DNA of 64,000 bases from Zygnema circumcarinatum SAG 698-1b (Eukaryota; Plantae; Zygnematophyceae). A program made the position numbers and the translations under genes. Location of the stretch: positions 1,240,001-1,304,000 of the forward strand of contig CM074815.1 in assembly GCA_037447605.1 (NCBI GenBank). The letters run 5' to 3'. Positions 13,055 to 25,425 of the stretch are shown here, one piece after another (positions within the stretch are counted from its first letter, which is position 1; each line of letters starts with the position of its first letter). Under the pieces are notes generated by a model that worked only from the letters and a program-made list of their open reading frames with translations, made no database searches and was not told the DNA's origin.

Positions 13055-13085
13055 GAGGGAGGGAGGGAGGGAGGGAGGGAGGGAG
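13055..13085. repeat. (GGGA)n microsatellite
   Basis: ggagggagggagggagggagggagggagg read directly. Confidence 0.85.
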
Positions 13086-13467
13086 GCCGAAGCTTCAGGC
13101 TCAAGGCGCCAGCCTGCCACCTGCGAATATATCGCGGTACCACCGGCGCATCGGCCGGGATAAAACAGGAAGTTGCCGGCGCGGCCGCCGGCAGGCCCGG
13201 CGCTGGGCGGCCATTGGGCTGCCCGCCGGCCGACCGGCGACGCCGGCAACTTCTGCCCGTTACCAGTGCCGATGCGCCGACAGATATCGCGATATATCGG
13301 TACCTCGACGCTTTCCGCCCTATCCAATCGACAGCGAGGCGGTCCCTGCCGACTGCTGGACCCTTCGATCCCGTCGGTGGCCGGTGGCTCCTGATTGGCC
13401 CTCCCTCGACCACTTAAAATACGTCACTTGTGCACAGGTTCATTTGCCTAACGTACAAGCCGTACCG

Positions 13468-13597
13468 GTAAGCGCACATCGATCAAAGTCTTCGCGCGGC
13501 GGACCGACGTACGGAGAGCGCCACGTGGCGCCGCCGCGGCCGACCCCCCCCGCTGCGGCGGACCGGCGGCGGCCGCGGCGCGCTCAGATATAAAAAG
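13468..13597 (+). promoter_or_regulatory. Promoter of GH16 copy B: GTAAGCGCACA motif, G-box/ABRE, TATA box
   Basis: GTAAGCGCACA 13468-13478, CACGTGGC 13522-13529, TATAAAAA 13589-13596 (85 bp upstream of ATG 13674). Confidence 0.68.
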
Positions 13598-13673
13598 GCG
13601 CCGCGCGGCGCTGGTGCAGAAGCCGCCTCCCTCCTCCCGCTCCCCTGCCCCGCCGGTCCTCCGCTCGGCCGCC

Positions 13674-16291
13674 ATGGCCTCCTCTCGCATCCTCCTCTGC
13701 GCCGTCCTCTTCACCCTCCTCTGCTCCTTTGGTCCTACAGCGGCTGCCGGCGGTGGCAGAAGGGCACTGCGCGATACAGAGAGCTTCCCGACCGGGGGGA
13801 CTCTGGAGGAGGCGGTAGAAGACGAGAGTAGCGTAGACCTGTTGTACGATGGAGATTCAGAGCCTGAAGATGCGTGGGATTCCCAGGCCCAGGCTGTGCA
13901 TCAGAGCTGCGCGGCGGAGGTGGACGAACAGCTGAGCGCGGTGGCAGACGCCATAAAGAAGGCACTCCCGCTGGCGTCAAACGACCTGGCGTGCACACGG
14001 CGGGTCCGCCGGGCAGCCATGGCGGTTGAAGGCGGGAAGAAGCTGATGGAGGCGGGCACGTGGGGGAAGGCGCGCAACAAGGCGGCGTGGGCGCGGCACT
14101 TCCTCTCGCAATGCACTGCTCCCGCGGGGACGCGCCTGGCGACCCAGCTGACGTCAGCCCTCGCCCTCCTGGGCGCCCCCTCGAGCTGCCTCGCCGCCAT
14201 GGCCAACAGCGCCGTTCTCGCAGAGACGCTCGCCGGCACGCCCGCCACCGCCCTCCTCGCTGAGGGGGGGGGCGCCAATGTGGCCGCCTCCGCCAACAGC
14301 TACGACCTCACCTTCCGCAAGGCCACGTACAAAGGTGCGTCGCCCCTCTCCTCGCTGTGCAATGGCCGCCCTCTGCAACGCCGCAAGGGCCTCACTGCAA
14401 TCCCTCCCTTGTGTGCTGCCGCGCGTTCATTCATGGCAGGGGCCCGCCTCCGCTCCGCCTCCACCTTCACCTCCGGCAAGTTCGCCGCACGCATCAAGTG
14501 TCCAACGGGAGAGAGCGCCGACGGCCTCAACACCGCCTTCTTCGTAAGCTCCCAACGCGCCTCAAACTCCAAAAAACCCACTCAAAGAGGCCTGTGTGCC
14601 CTCGTGTTGGGAGGAGTCCAATTTATTCTTCTTACCCTCGCGATCCTCCTGCCACGTGGCGTGCATTGCAGTTGTCGTCGGATGCGGACGACTCCCGGCG
14701 GTCGTCCATCACGATGGAGTTCCCCGGATTCGACCGCAGCATCGTGCTCCTAAACACCATGGTCGACGGCGAGAGCGGTTGGAACATGGTGGTGGACCTC
14801 GAATACGACTGCTCCCAAGACTTCCATGTCTACTCCATCTACTGGACTCCGGAGAAGATCATGTCAGCGCCTTGAAACCTGCCTCACGGGTCATGCCTGA
14901 ATGCATGCCGTGCTTCACTTGGAGACATGCCATGCATATCAGAGCTTCCCTCGCATGCCTTTCCGTTTAGCTGAACAACTATTGTCCATTGCGTGTGTTG
15001 CAGGTGGAAGAGCGACAACAACGTTCTCGAGATCTACGACAAGACCATGTGGCTCTCGAGCCCCGTCCCCAACAAGCCTCTCTACTTGTACCTCGCCCTC
15101 AGCAACAAGAAGTGGCTGAGTGACACGTGGGGCGTGCGCGTCCCCGATGGCGCCGACACATTCACTTCTTCCTTCCACGATGTCGTGTACCAAAGCCCCA
15201 TCTCCGCCATCCCCGATTTCCCCACAGCATTGCCCGACGCTCGCGTGTACCCAATCGGCATCGACAACGGTCTCTATGGCGGAAAGACCACCATTGAATC
15301 CGACTCTCAGACCATCACCTGTGACGCCAGTCAGTGCGGTCAGTGGATCCGCTCGCAACTCCACTCTGGCCAGTGACTGGGCGATGCATGGGCTAATGGG
15401 GCAGCTATTTGGCTGATCGTGAGGTTCGGTTTTTCTGAGAGTGCACTCATGCTCTCTCTGGTTTTTGTGGGATGGTCATTGGACTGCAGGAGGACGGTTC
15501 CACAGCACAAGGTACTATGCTTCCGGGGAGTTTACGGGTTCCTTCAAGTGCCCTGCTGGTGATACGAGCGGACTCCTCTCCTCCCTCTATGTAAGCTTGC
15601 ACGACCACAACACTGGAAGCAGTCGAAGAGCAATCAACGCCTAATCTATCGGAAGTGGATCGTCTGCGTGTTTGATTGCATGCTTTTGAGTATTACTTGT
15701 CGTGTTCGTGATTGAACCATGGCTGACGGTGCTTTGCTCTTGTGGGCGGCAGCTGTCCTCCAAGGAGGGATACCAAGTGAACGGCGAGGCCGTGCAGGAC
15801 GAGATCGACTTCGAGTGGCTGGGCAAGGACAAGTACAGCGTGCAAACCAATTACTATGTCAATGGCGTGGGTGGACACGAAGGCTTCATCGACCTCGGCT
15901 TTGACTGCTCCGAAGCCTTTCACACCTACACCATCCGCTACGGCCCCACAATGATCCAGTGAGGGCGCGCCCTCCATCCCCTCTGCTCGCTGATGACTTC
16001 ACTTTCGATAAAACCTTCCCTTCGTTACTGCTCTTTCCCGCCAGTCCAAGACTGACAGTCGACTTTGCTTCTTGGCGGTGCAGGTGGCTGGTGGACGGCG
16101 CGGTGCGGCAGACGGCGCAGAAGGACGGCGCGAAGCCGTTCCCGGCAAAGCCCGTCTTCTTCTACGCGTCCGTCTGGAACGCGAGCTCCGTCAAGTACGG
16201 CGACTGGTACTGGACGGGGAAGTGGGACGGAAAGGACATGCCCTTCGTGGCGCACTACAAGGGCCTGCGCATCACTCCGCTCAGCGACTAA
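13674..16291 (+). CDS. Secreted tandem GH16 (EG16/XTH-like) protein, copy B, 7 exons
   Basis: Exons 13674-14334, 14440-14543, 14672-14862, 15004-15338, 15490-15590, 15753-15958, 16084-16291, all GT-AG and phase-consistent. Signal peptide, then a Cys-containing Ala-rich N-domain, a degenerate GH16 (SITME, 14705-14719) and a catalytic GH16 (EIDFE, 15801-15815). Confidence 0.9.
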
Positions 16292-16292
16292 G
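14051..16292 (+). repeat. Right arm of the 2,242-bp apparently identical inverted repeat (partner 4718-6959)
   Basis: Same evidence as the left arm. Confidence 0.93.
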
Positions 16293-17288
16293 GGCTGCGC
16301 GAGGGCGACTCCATGGGTAGTTTAGCGACGCAGGGAATCTGCTTACAAAGGCCATACGGCCCACGGCTTGTGGGCGGGGAGAGGTGTCGGACAGGGCCGT
16401 CACTTTCCACTTTTTGGCACCAATTTGTAAAGCTTTATGTATAGCGAGTCGTTGTAAAGTGGTCTGTAAGTCTTTAGCTTTTGTTAAATATAGGACGCCC
16501 TAAATGTACATTCATATTTATTACAAAAAATCGTATCTGCTTTGAGAATCTATTTTGAGGAGCAATGTAAATGTTTTATCGTCGTCGAAATTTATTTGTT
16601 GGCAGTGGTCAGCTACTTGCCTCGTGTTTGACAAGAGGGCAGTCATTCGTCCAATCATGGCTTGTATGGCCTATGAATTCTAGCATGCTTGTGCTCTGCC
16701 CTAATGGTTTCGTCGAGTGTAAAGCTATCCGTCATCATTTTCTTTCTACCTGAGTCAGTCCAAACAAGCCAAGGTGGAGGCGCTCATCCTGTGAGCTTTT
16801 TAATGTAGGTTTTGTCCATTTACTGATATATATAGTTGACATCGTTGCCCTGAGTTTTTCGGGTCGACAATATCCATATCCTTGGCAGTTTCGACAATTC
16901 TATGCTGAAAACATTTACTTTTTGCTGGAGCTCCCAACTCAACAAAGTACATAGCTGCTAGCACCCTTGACTTTGAAGGAAAATTTTTGACGAACAACAA
17001 AAAGAAATGCCTCATTTTCAAGTGGTTTTATAGAAAGGAAACAATCAGCAGTCATCCTAATACAACAGAGACACAGCAGTGTCCAGTTCGCCAAAAAAAA
17101 TGTGGGCCTCACTAGAGCCAAAGCAAACAGTCGCTTCTCAATCCAGCACTAGTCCCCTAAAGGAACGTCTCATATAAGAACTAGGTATATTGCGCAACCC
17201 AAATCAGATTATATACAGCCAAAACTAAATGTACGCCAGTTGGCTAGTCTTTCAAGCAGTCACAAGTCTGCCGCTCCTGACTATATCA

Positions 17289-18705
17289 TCACTGGTCAAA
17301 GTCTCTTGGTTGAAATCCATCACCCAGAGTTGCTTTGGCCGGGTCTTTCAGAAACTGGTTTTCTGCAGTTTCACTATGGTAAATGCAAGAGACCTCAGGG
17401 GCTTGCCGCAAATCTCCCACAAACCCGAACGTGTTCATATTGCGCTTGCAATCCCTGACTTCTCTTGTGTTGACAAGGCCTCGCGACTCCAAGACTTGCC
17501 AGTTGCTTTGCCTTAGAATGCAGCCAGGCTTCACTTCGGCCTGTGAAACATAGACATTAAACCTGCAGAGCAAGGACAATTCGCTTCCCCTCTTCAAACT
17601 AGACATGTAAACATGCAGACCCACCATGCAGCATACAGCTTGGAAAGGTCTGAAACGAAAGGCCAGCAACAAGCGAATCCACAAAAGCGCTTTAACAACT
17701 TCACCCGTCCATATCATCTGGTAGCCATGCAATAAAGGCTACCATTGGGTATTAAGAAGTGTCACGTACGGGTTAAAGGAAATGAACAGCCGCTGATCGA
17801 GCACCATCGCACTAAATCCATTAGCGAGGCATATATCAGGATTTGGAGTCTTCTGGTCAATCACGTCCCTCGACGCGACATTTGAAGGCTCAGTATTCAC
17901 TAATGTGCTCATCGCAATGCCGGCCCCTATTCCCAATACAAAGACGCTTGCAAGTACAAACTTGTTCGCCCCTTCAAGAATGATTTTACCCCCAGGCGGG
18001 CCTTCTGAGTTGAAAGGTCCGACCAGTCGTTTCCTCGTCCCACCCGGCCCATAATCACCCAGCTCTGATTCAAAGTCATCTTCAAGCCCCGGAGGCGAAG
18101 GTCTCGTCCGCCTGCTGACAGGATAGTCAGAGTACCTCTCTTGAAATCTGCGCCTTGTAGCCTTTATGACTCTGGTTGGCCTACTCCTTTCAGAAACTCT
18201 CCTTCCTTTCTCATCTCCCCATCGTAATCCCTCGGCGTCCAATTGACACCTTTGGGTAAGATAGTGAAATTTCAGAGTTCCTGAAGCACTTGAATCTAGT
18301 CTTCTAGTCAGCTCGTCCTGCAACTGCACACAAACTACCGCAGGTTTTTCAGTAATCAGAAAGAACTACAGCACCAAAAAACAAAACTTTTCGTCCGCCT
18401 CTCCACAGCACCTTAACTAATTTCATCTCCAAACACAAACTCGATATTCTTGCTATGTCATAACTACCAGAAATACGGAAAGACCTGAGAGTTACGAAAT
18501 TAACAGCAGCATCTTTGGCTTCCTCTAGCGACTCATTCCTAATATGTAGTCAGTCTACTCCAATGCTTCTGCATTAGTTTCGCAAATGGCCTGAGAGGGT
18601 TCACAATCGTACCGACATTACGCGCCGCTGAATCATTCCACGCCCAGTAGACACGCCCATGATTGACTCAGCAGTTGCAGAAGGAGAAGTAAAGGGCACC
18701 GTCAT
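17289..18705 (-). CDS. DUF3172-family protein (cyanobacterial-type, probably plastid-targeted)
   Basis: Exons about 17770-18324 and 17289-17562 give VFVLGIGAGIA, VASRDVIDQKTPNPDICLANGFSAMVLDQRLFISFNP, FNVYVSQAEVKPGCILRQSNWQVLE and CKRNMNTFGFVGDL. The first exon (ATG 18705, S/T-rich) is tentative. Confidence 0.8.
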
Positions 18706-19436
18706 CGTCACCTGTTCCTTTCAATAGGCAACCCTAATAGTCCATACATTCACAACGCAATACAATGCTGAAAAAACCTCCAAGATGCTTCGAAATGCTT
18801 CCTCAATCATCTCCAGCAGCGATGAGCTTCAAACGCATCATGCCAATACCATCCCCTCTATCGTCGACACATTCAGAAAATCACAAATTCCTCTTTTTTT
18901 TCCTCTTCTCGTTGCCCTGCCTTGCCTGTTCCAGAAGAGGTCTCAAAGGCGCCCTTCCCTCCCTTTCAATTCATTCCTTTTGAGCCACACGGCACCAGAA
19001 GCGCCTGCTGCATACCCTAAATATTTTCGGGCTCTTTATCTTCTGACCATGGAGGCTTAGGCTCTGGGCCTGCTTCCCCAGCACAAAACATAGCCTCGTC
19101 ACCGTCACAGTTCAACGCTGGCCCGTCAATATTCCTCTCCATATAAGCCAGTTACAGTTCACGGAGCCCCCCTCATAGAGCAGAAATTATCGAACAGTAG
19201 CGTAAAATGTTATTTTCACCATGAAGTGTTGACTCGCCGTAGAACTACGCCGTGACGGTAGAACATGGAACGGCATGGTGGACGTCCATATTCGGCCGCC
19301 TCGGCTGTACTGGGAGGAGCGCCTGAAGCTTGAGTTGTGAGAGGGGAAGAGAGGGAGAGGGAGGAGGGCGGGAGGAGGGCGGGAGGAGGGCGGGAGGAGG
19401 GAGGAGGGAGGAGGGAGGGCGAAGGGGGTGGCCGCC

Positions 19437-22400
19437 ATGGGGGAGGGAGAGGAGGTGACTGCAGTCCCTGTGACGCGGGAAGAGCGGAGGAGAGAGAGGT
19501 CGCCGGAGAGGAGGCGGGAGCGCTCTCCCCCTCGCGGCCATAGGGACGAGAGAGATGAGCGTAGGAGAGGTCGGAACGACGAACGAGGGGAGAGGAGGGA
19601 GAGAGAGAGAGACAGGGACAGGGACTACAAGAGGCGGAAAAGCACCAGTCCTCCATTTCGTGATCGCCGGCACTCGCCTCGCTCTCCTCCATCGAAAAGG
19701 TCAAGGCGGCAAACGTTGCAAAAGCATTATGGCAGTATTTGAAGCCAGCAGGATGTTTTGCCATATTTCTAGCGCTGCAGTCTGCACTCCTTTGTTAGAA
19801 AATATCCTGGACTGCGTCATTACGCAGAGGGAAACTCCTGGCCTGCACGGCAGGGGGGGCCCTGGTGCCCTGCCTTTCTGGCTTGCAAGATTCCCCTCGT
19901 CCTGCAGGAGCCTACAGTTTTCTGGTTTTATTGCTCCTAGTGCACTCTTCTGCTTCTCCTCACTGTGCTCGCCGACTTGCTTTTGGGATACGGAGAGCTT
20001 CTCTTCAGCGGAAGCGCTGCAACTGTTTGATTCTGGATAGATTCAGCGAGATGAGCCTTCGTTATGTAGATATTCTCATTGCTGAGGACCTCTCACACAT
20101 AGAGCTTTACAAGTACGTTTAAGTTCACAATAGTTATTACTTGCAAAAGCTCGTCACTTTTCAAGTCTCTTCCAAGTTTATGGTTCTTTAGTGTCACTCC
20201 TATTCCTCTCTCTAGCTTCCGAAATTTATCCAAAGTCATAGATTCACATTTGAGAAATGATCATTCCAACAGCTGTAGGGCTTGTGCCTCATAACATTCA
20301 CAGACATGTATGTAGTGCGCACTCTCTCGCAGAGGTAGCTGTAATAGAACTAGTCCTCAGATGTGACTCGCCTGCCATTTAGAAAGTAGACGCTGCCGAG
20401 TTTAGTCGACAGGAAGGCTTCTCGCCCTGCGCTTGTGGAGGATTCCATTGGGCTTCATGTGACGCAGATGCTGTGCACGTCGCTCGCTTCAATTCAGTTT
20501 GGTGAAGGCTCAAGTTCACTTCCAGCATATCAGAGGAGAGGGTCAATGTCGTTTGATTGTGGACGTCGTGCAAAGCACTGCATCAGTTTGTGCTCTATGT
20601 TGGATTGTACTGAAGCTGCCTGCTTGTTTGTGATCTGAAGACTTCTCCTTTGTTTTTCCTGTTCATTCATTTGTGATGTTGTCGCCATTGTCTTGCATGC
20701 TAGGGACGCAACTCAAATCATTTGCGGCATTTGAATATTACTGAAGACACAATTGCTTGTCGCAGGCCTGCGTACGATCCTTATGATCGCCCTCGAGGAT
20801 TTGCTGGAGATTTACGAGGACCTCCAGGTGCGCTCCTGCAAGGTTTCTCTCTGCATAGTTTGAATACTTGCCAGTAATTTTATGGATGGGCTTCCCTTGC
20901 AACCAGATTACTGATGTTGTATGGTTTGCCATCGAAGACCACTACATACTTGGTTTATGAACCATGCGGCTTATTACGAGCGTTGCTTGTTGTCTGCAGA
21001 CTGGTCACGTCAAGGACGTAATTCAGGTTTTGATGTCCCACCTATGGGGGGATACAGTGGTGGTGAACTGCGAAGGTCAGTTTTGTTTCATAGTAGCTTT
21101 GCATCGTCATTAGAGGCTATTTGATTCTTCCATTTCTAGGCTTACAAATCGGAGAACCATCACATTTACGGTCACATTGTGTCGGTAACATTTCTCCGGT
21201 TGATATTTTCATGGAATATGCAGCGACTTTGGTGGACTGTTGTCGTATAAACAGTTTATTTTGGACCTTGAGGATGACGTTTCTCCTGCAGAAGCGCAAC
21301 GAAGGTGAGTCTTGCATGACATCCGTCTAGGCCCTCCTTACTTCATTTCTATATTTTTTGATTCTCTATTACTAATTTCTAACTTTATTAACGAAATGAC
21401 TTGAATGAATGGGATTGGAACTTGTGGAACCAAATTTTGTTGGTTCTGCGCTTCCCAGAATCCGAGCGGCTCTCTTATTGTGCCCGTCTTTTGCCCGCGG
21501 AGCATGTTCAAATGTATGTTTTAAAAGTAGTTCCATTGTTGACAAATCGAGTTGCTGAAGGTTCTGGTGTGCTGTTCTCGGTTTGCTAAACAATTACATG
21601 AACTCCCTTTGAAGCATGCCATCGTGGAATTGCTCAATTTACTTGTCCAGCGTTTGTTTCCAGATACGAGCTATACAAGAATGACTTCATCGGTATGCAG
21701 AAGCAGGCATTTTTCAATCAGCACAAAGACGAAGACTGGTAAGTCGCATGAAGGGCTGCGATTCCTTAGTCTTTTGGTTGATTGTAAATGCATTGATGTA
21801 TTGCTGGTTTTGATATCTCAATTCGTTCAATGGTTGCTATGTAAGAGTTTTTGGAACAGAGACGTATGGGCTTGATATCCACTCTTATTGCAAGCAGCTC
21901 ATTACTGAATGTGCATTTTCCACTTGTCCCCAGGTTGCGAGAGATGTACGATCCTCCGCGATTGGAAGTATTTCTCGTTAGGTAAATTTTGTATGGATCG
22001 GATGGTCGGATGTATCAATACTTTTTATTTTGCATGAGTGCCAGGTAGTTAACGAGTTAAAAGAGGAAAGCTTTCTTGTATATACGTAAGAGCTTTGGTC
22101 CTGTACAGAGTAAGCTGTACATGGACCTTATCCAAGTCAATAAATGTACGTACCATGACGCAATGTCCGCGTTTTTTTAATATAAATTTGTAGTGCTTGT
22201 TATAATTGTTCACCGAAGCATTTAGTTGGCTATTTTGAAGCTAATGGTTAGTGCGTGCATATGAAGCGAGAACTCTTACATCTCCCACATGACATGAGTG
22301 CATCGTAACCTTTTGGCAGGCGGAATGAGAATGCCCAGGGTGTTTCCAAAGATTATTTGGACATAATTTCGGCTGGCCAAGTAGACGTGTAAGTTGACTT

Positions 22401-25400
22401 ATTCCTCCGTCTCCTTTTCACTTCAGCACTTTACTGCCGTTTACATTCAGAGTAATCCTAAGCAAAGTTTTTTTGACTGTCATGAGCACTTTGTTCACTG
22501 CTGGTATTAGGACGAACATGGCTTGAATCGAGTTACTTTCTTATTGACTGATCAGAACGTTTATTTACGGGTGTTTATGTTACGGTTTATGCAGGAGAGC
22601 TAGTGCGTCGATGAACCGTGAAAAAAGTGAGATGGACGAGGAAGAATCAGATCTAGGTTTAAAACATCGAAGGTCTATTGATGGCCGAAGTCGAGAACGA
22701 GAGGACGATGCTGCTTCGAAGGTTTCAGCGAGTGCAGCACAGCCTGAAAGAGTCACTTCTGACATCAAACAAGCTCGGTCTTTGATTGAGAAGCTGGACA
22801 AAGAGAAGGGAATTGCAGAGAACTTACTTACTGAAAGAAGAGGCAAAGGAGAGCAGACCGAAGAAGACGACGGTGCGGCACATGCAGAGGATACTGTAGT
22901 AATCAGGGGAGCTATGGAGAAAACTCTGAAGGGCCTTGAACTTCTTGATATCTTGTTGACTTACCTCTGGCGAGTGCATGGGATTGACTACTATGGAGCA
23001 GTTGAGCTAAAGGGGTTGCCTAAAGGGCTACGCACTGTTAGGTCCAACTCTGATGCTGAGGACGGAGTGACTGCTGGAAACGACTGGGTAAAGAAGGTAG
23101 ATGAAGTGTGGAAGAAAAGGCTTTCAACGGAGGGACAAGATCCCCTGATTCCAATGCTTGGGCGTGACAGGCTGGAGAAGGTGATGAATGATACGTTGGA
23201 AAATTTTGTGCGGAAAATAAAGGATGAGAAATATGGATGGAAATATGGCTGTGGGGCAAAAGGCTGCACAAAGCTGTTTCATGGGCCTGAGTATGTTTTC
23301 AAGCACCTAAAATTGAAGCATCAGGACTTGGTGACTACAGCTTCTGCAAAAGTTCAGGAAGAAGTATACGAGAACAATTACATGAAGTGAGTTTTTACAC
23401 TGGCCCTTGTATCGTGTATGAGTTTCTTCAGCAGGACTTTTTGCTACTTGGTTTTCCGATTATGGCAGAACTCTACACCTTTTGTCCTGCAAGTCTCAAC
23501 CTTCAACATGTAATGCATGCAATCGACATTGGGGTATATTTCACTGCTGTGATACTGACAACCGAATTCTTTGTTCAGTGATCCTGATGCTCCCCTGCCA
23601 GCGGCTGAACCTCCAAATCGACCATTGCTGGCAAGTTTCCACTCTGCACTACGTCTTGGCATGTTGCCTTACAACCATGCATAATTTCATGTATGCGATT
23701 CTTAAGCTTTTACTGTTGCTGGATGCTGTTTTACAACTGTGCTGCGAATACGAGGCTGGATGACAGCTTTTCTGTCTATACCTGGTCGAAGGAGTTCTTT
23801 TATGGAAGAGCTGATTTTCAGCACCTTTGTTTTTAATCTGTTGGGGTAGTTTCTTTCAATGCAGAGAAGAGATTCGATGAATCGAAGGAGATCAGATTCT
23901 GGACCACTTCCCGACAGACCTCCTCAGGGGCCAATGAGAGGAATGGAGAGATTCGATCGTGGAATGAGGGATCCTGGACGATATGAGAGAGGCTTGGTGC
24001 CACCAGAAGTGGAAAGGTACAGGGACAAAACTTTGTTGTTTGGAGATCGCCACACTCTGCTCCTGTGGGCAGGGTAAGTTTGATAGAGTCCTACTTGCTG
24101 ACTGGTTTGCAGTAAATGGTGAAGTTGCTGTCTGAAACGAGTTGGTTGTTGTGCTCAGCACAGGAACAGACCAATTTTGACCACTTTGAGATGCATGTAC
24201 GAGTCCAGAAGTAGAATTCATATATAGATGATATATATAGAGATGTATAATTCACAGGCTGTTGAGGTGGGCCTTCATAGCAGGGAACCCGAGGAGGAAA
24301 GATTTGAACGCGGGGCCATGGAGGGGGATCGATTTGCACGCCCTCCCAGAGACGTTGATCCTTTTGAACCTGAAGGAGGGAGAGAAGGCTTCCCTCCTCC
24401 AATGATGGGACGAGCACCTTTCGACGACCGGCCTCCTTTTGAGGGGCCGCCTATCGACACTCCAATGTTTGACCCATTTGATGGGCCGCCAATACGACCC
24501 CCCTTCGGTCCGGGAGTGCCTGAACCACCGCCGATGCTCATTCCGCTTCCCGGAGCTGGGTAAGCTGCTTTCGGAATCATTGTGTTTTGGGAAGGTGCGG
24601 AATTTGTCTGCAAGTGCTGGCTGTTGGCATGGTTTTTTTTGCATATACGCACTATGCCGGTCATCGATAAGGCGTCACTCTATTCTTGCCGCATGGATTC
24701 ATCACAAAATCAAGGTTTCCTCGGATGGTTTCTAGAGTCAATTTACCTTTTCTTTATCGCTGTGTGTGGCTTGAACTTTGTTAATGATACCAGAGCGGAG
24801 TGTTGCTTTATCAGGGTCATAGAATCGATACACGGTCAAAGTTGTGGACTTTTTGGGTCGTCGCTGTTGTGTTAGGGCCAGACAAACACTTTGGAGTGCT
24901 GTGTTTCATAGCATGGTTGAAACTTTTCCTTTGCAGGCCACTTGGCCCCTTTGTCCCGGCGCCTCCGGAAGTGGCGATGCGCATGATGCGGGAGCGTGGG
25001 GGTCCCCCTCCTCCATTTTTCGATGGCTTTGAGGGACCCTTTGAGCCTCCTCCCTTTGATGTAGATGGGCCTGAAGGAGGCCCTTCAGATAGGGGCGGAG
25101 GACTTCGTGGAAGGCCAAGGGGAAGAGGCCAAATGCCCCTTGGATCCCCAGGGATGGGTCTGATGCCCCGTCCCTCCATGATGATACCCATCCCTCCAGG
25201 CATACGCCATGATCCGCGCCGCATGAAGAGGTAAGTCGTCTGGGAAGGAGTCCCCAGTTTACCCACGTGCTTGATTCTGTCTCGCTGAAGTTTCTTAAAC
25301 ATGAAGCTTTAAAGTCCGCTACCTGATGTAAGGCTGCTGACTCTGGGCCTCCTCTTTATTGCAGTTACAGGGATCTGGATGCGCCTGATGACGAAGTTAC

Positions 25401-25425
25401 TGTAATCGACTACCGGAGCTTGTGA
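19437..25425 (+). CDS. SE: SERRATE / Ars2 RNA-processing factor, multi-exon
   Basis: RS/RD-rich N-terminus, GLLSYKQFILDLEDDVSPAEAQRRY, LDILLTYLWRVHGIDYY, C2H2 finger YGCGAKGCTKLFHGPEYVFKHLKLKH, GPFVPAPPEVAMRMMRE, and C-terminus YRDLDAPDDEVTVIDYRSL* (TGA 25423-25425). Not all internal exons resolved. Confidence 0.95.

Noticed and set aside
13614-14753. 379-aa and 381-aa (6257-7402) ORFs as complete single-exon proteins
   Set aside because: They read through a 105-bp stop-free intron and into intron 2. Spliced exons restore the GH16 alignment. Retention of intron 1 is possible but unsupported.
19337-19436. GGGCGGGAGGA repeats and overlapping Pro/Gly-rich ORFs at the SERRATE start
   Set aside because: Low-complexity 5' UTR sequence; the alternative-frame ORFs follow from high GC content.
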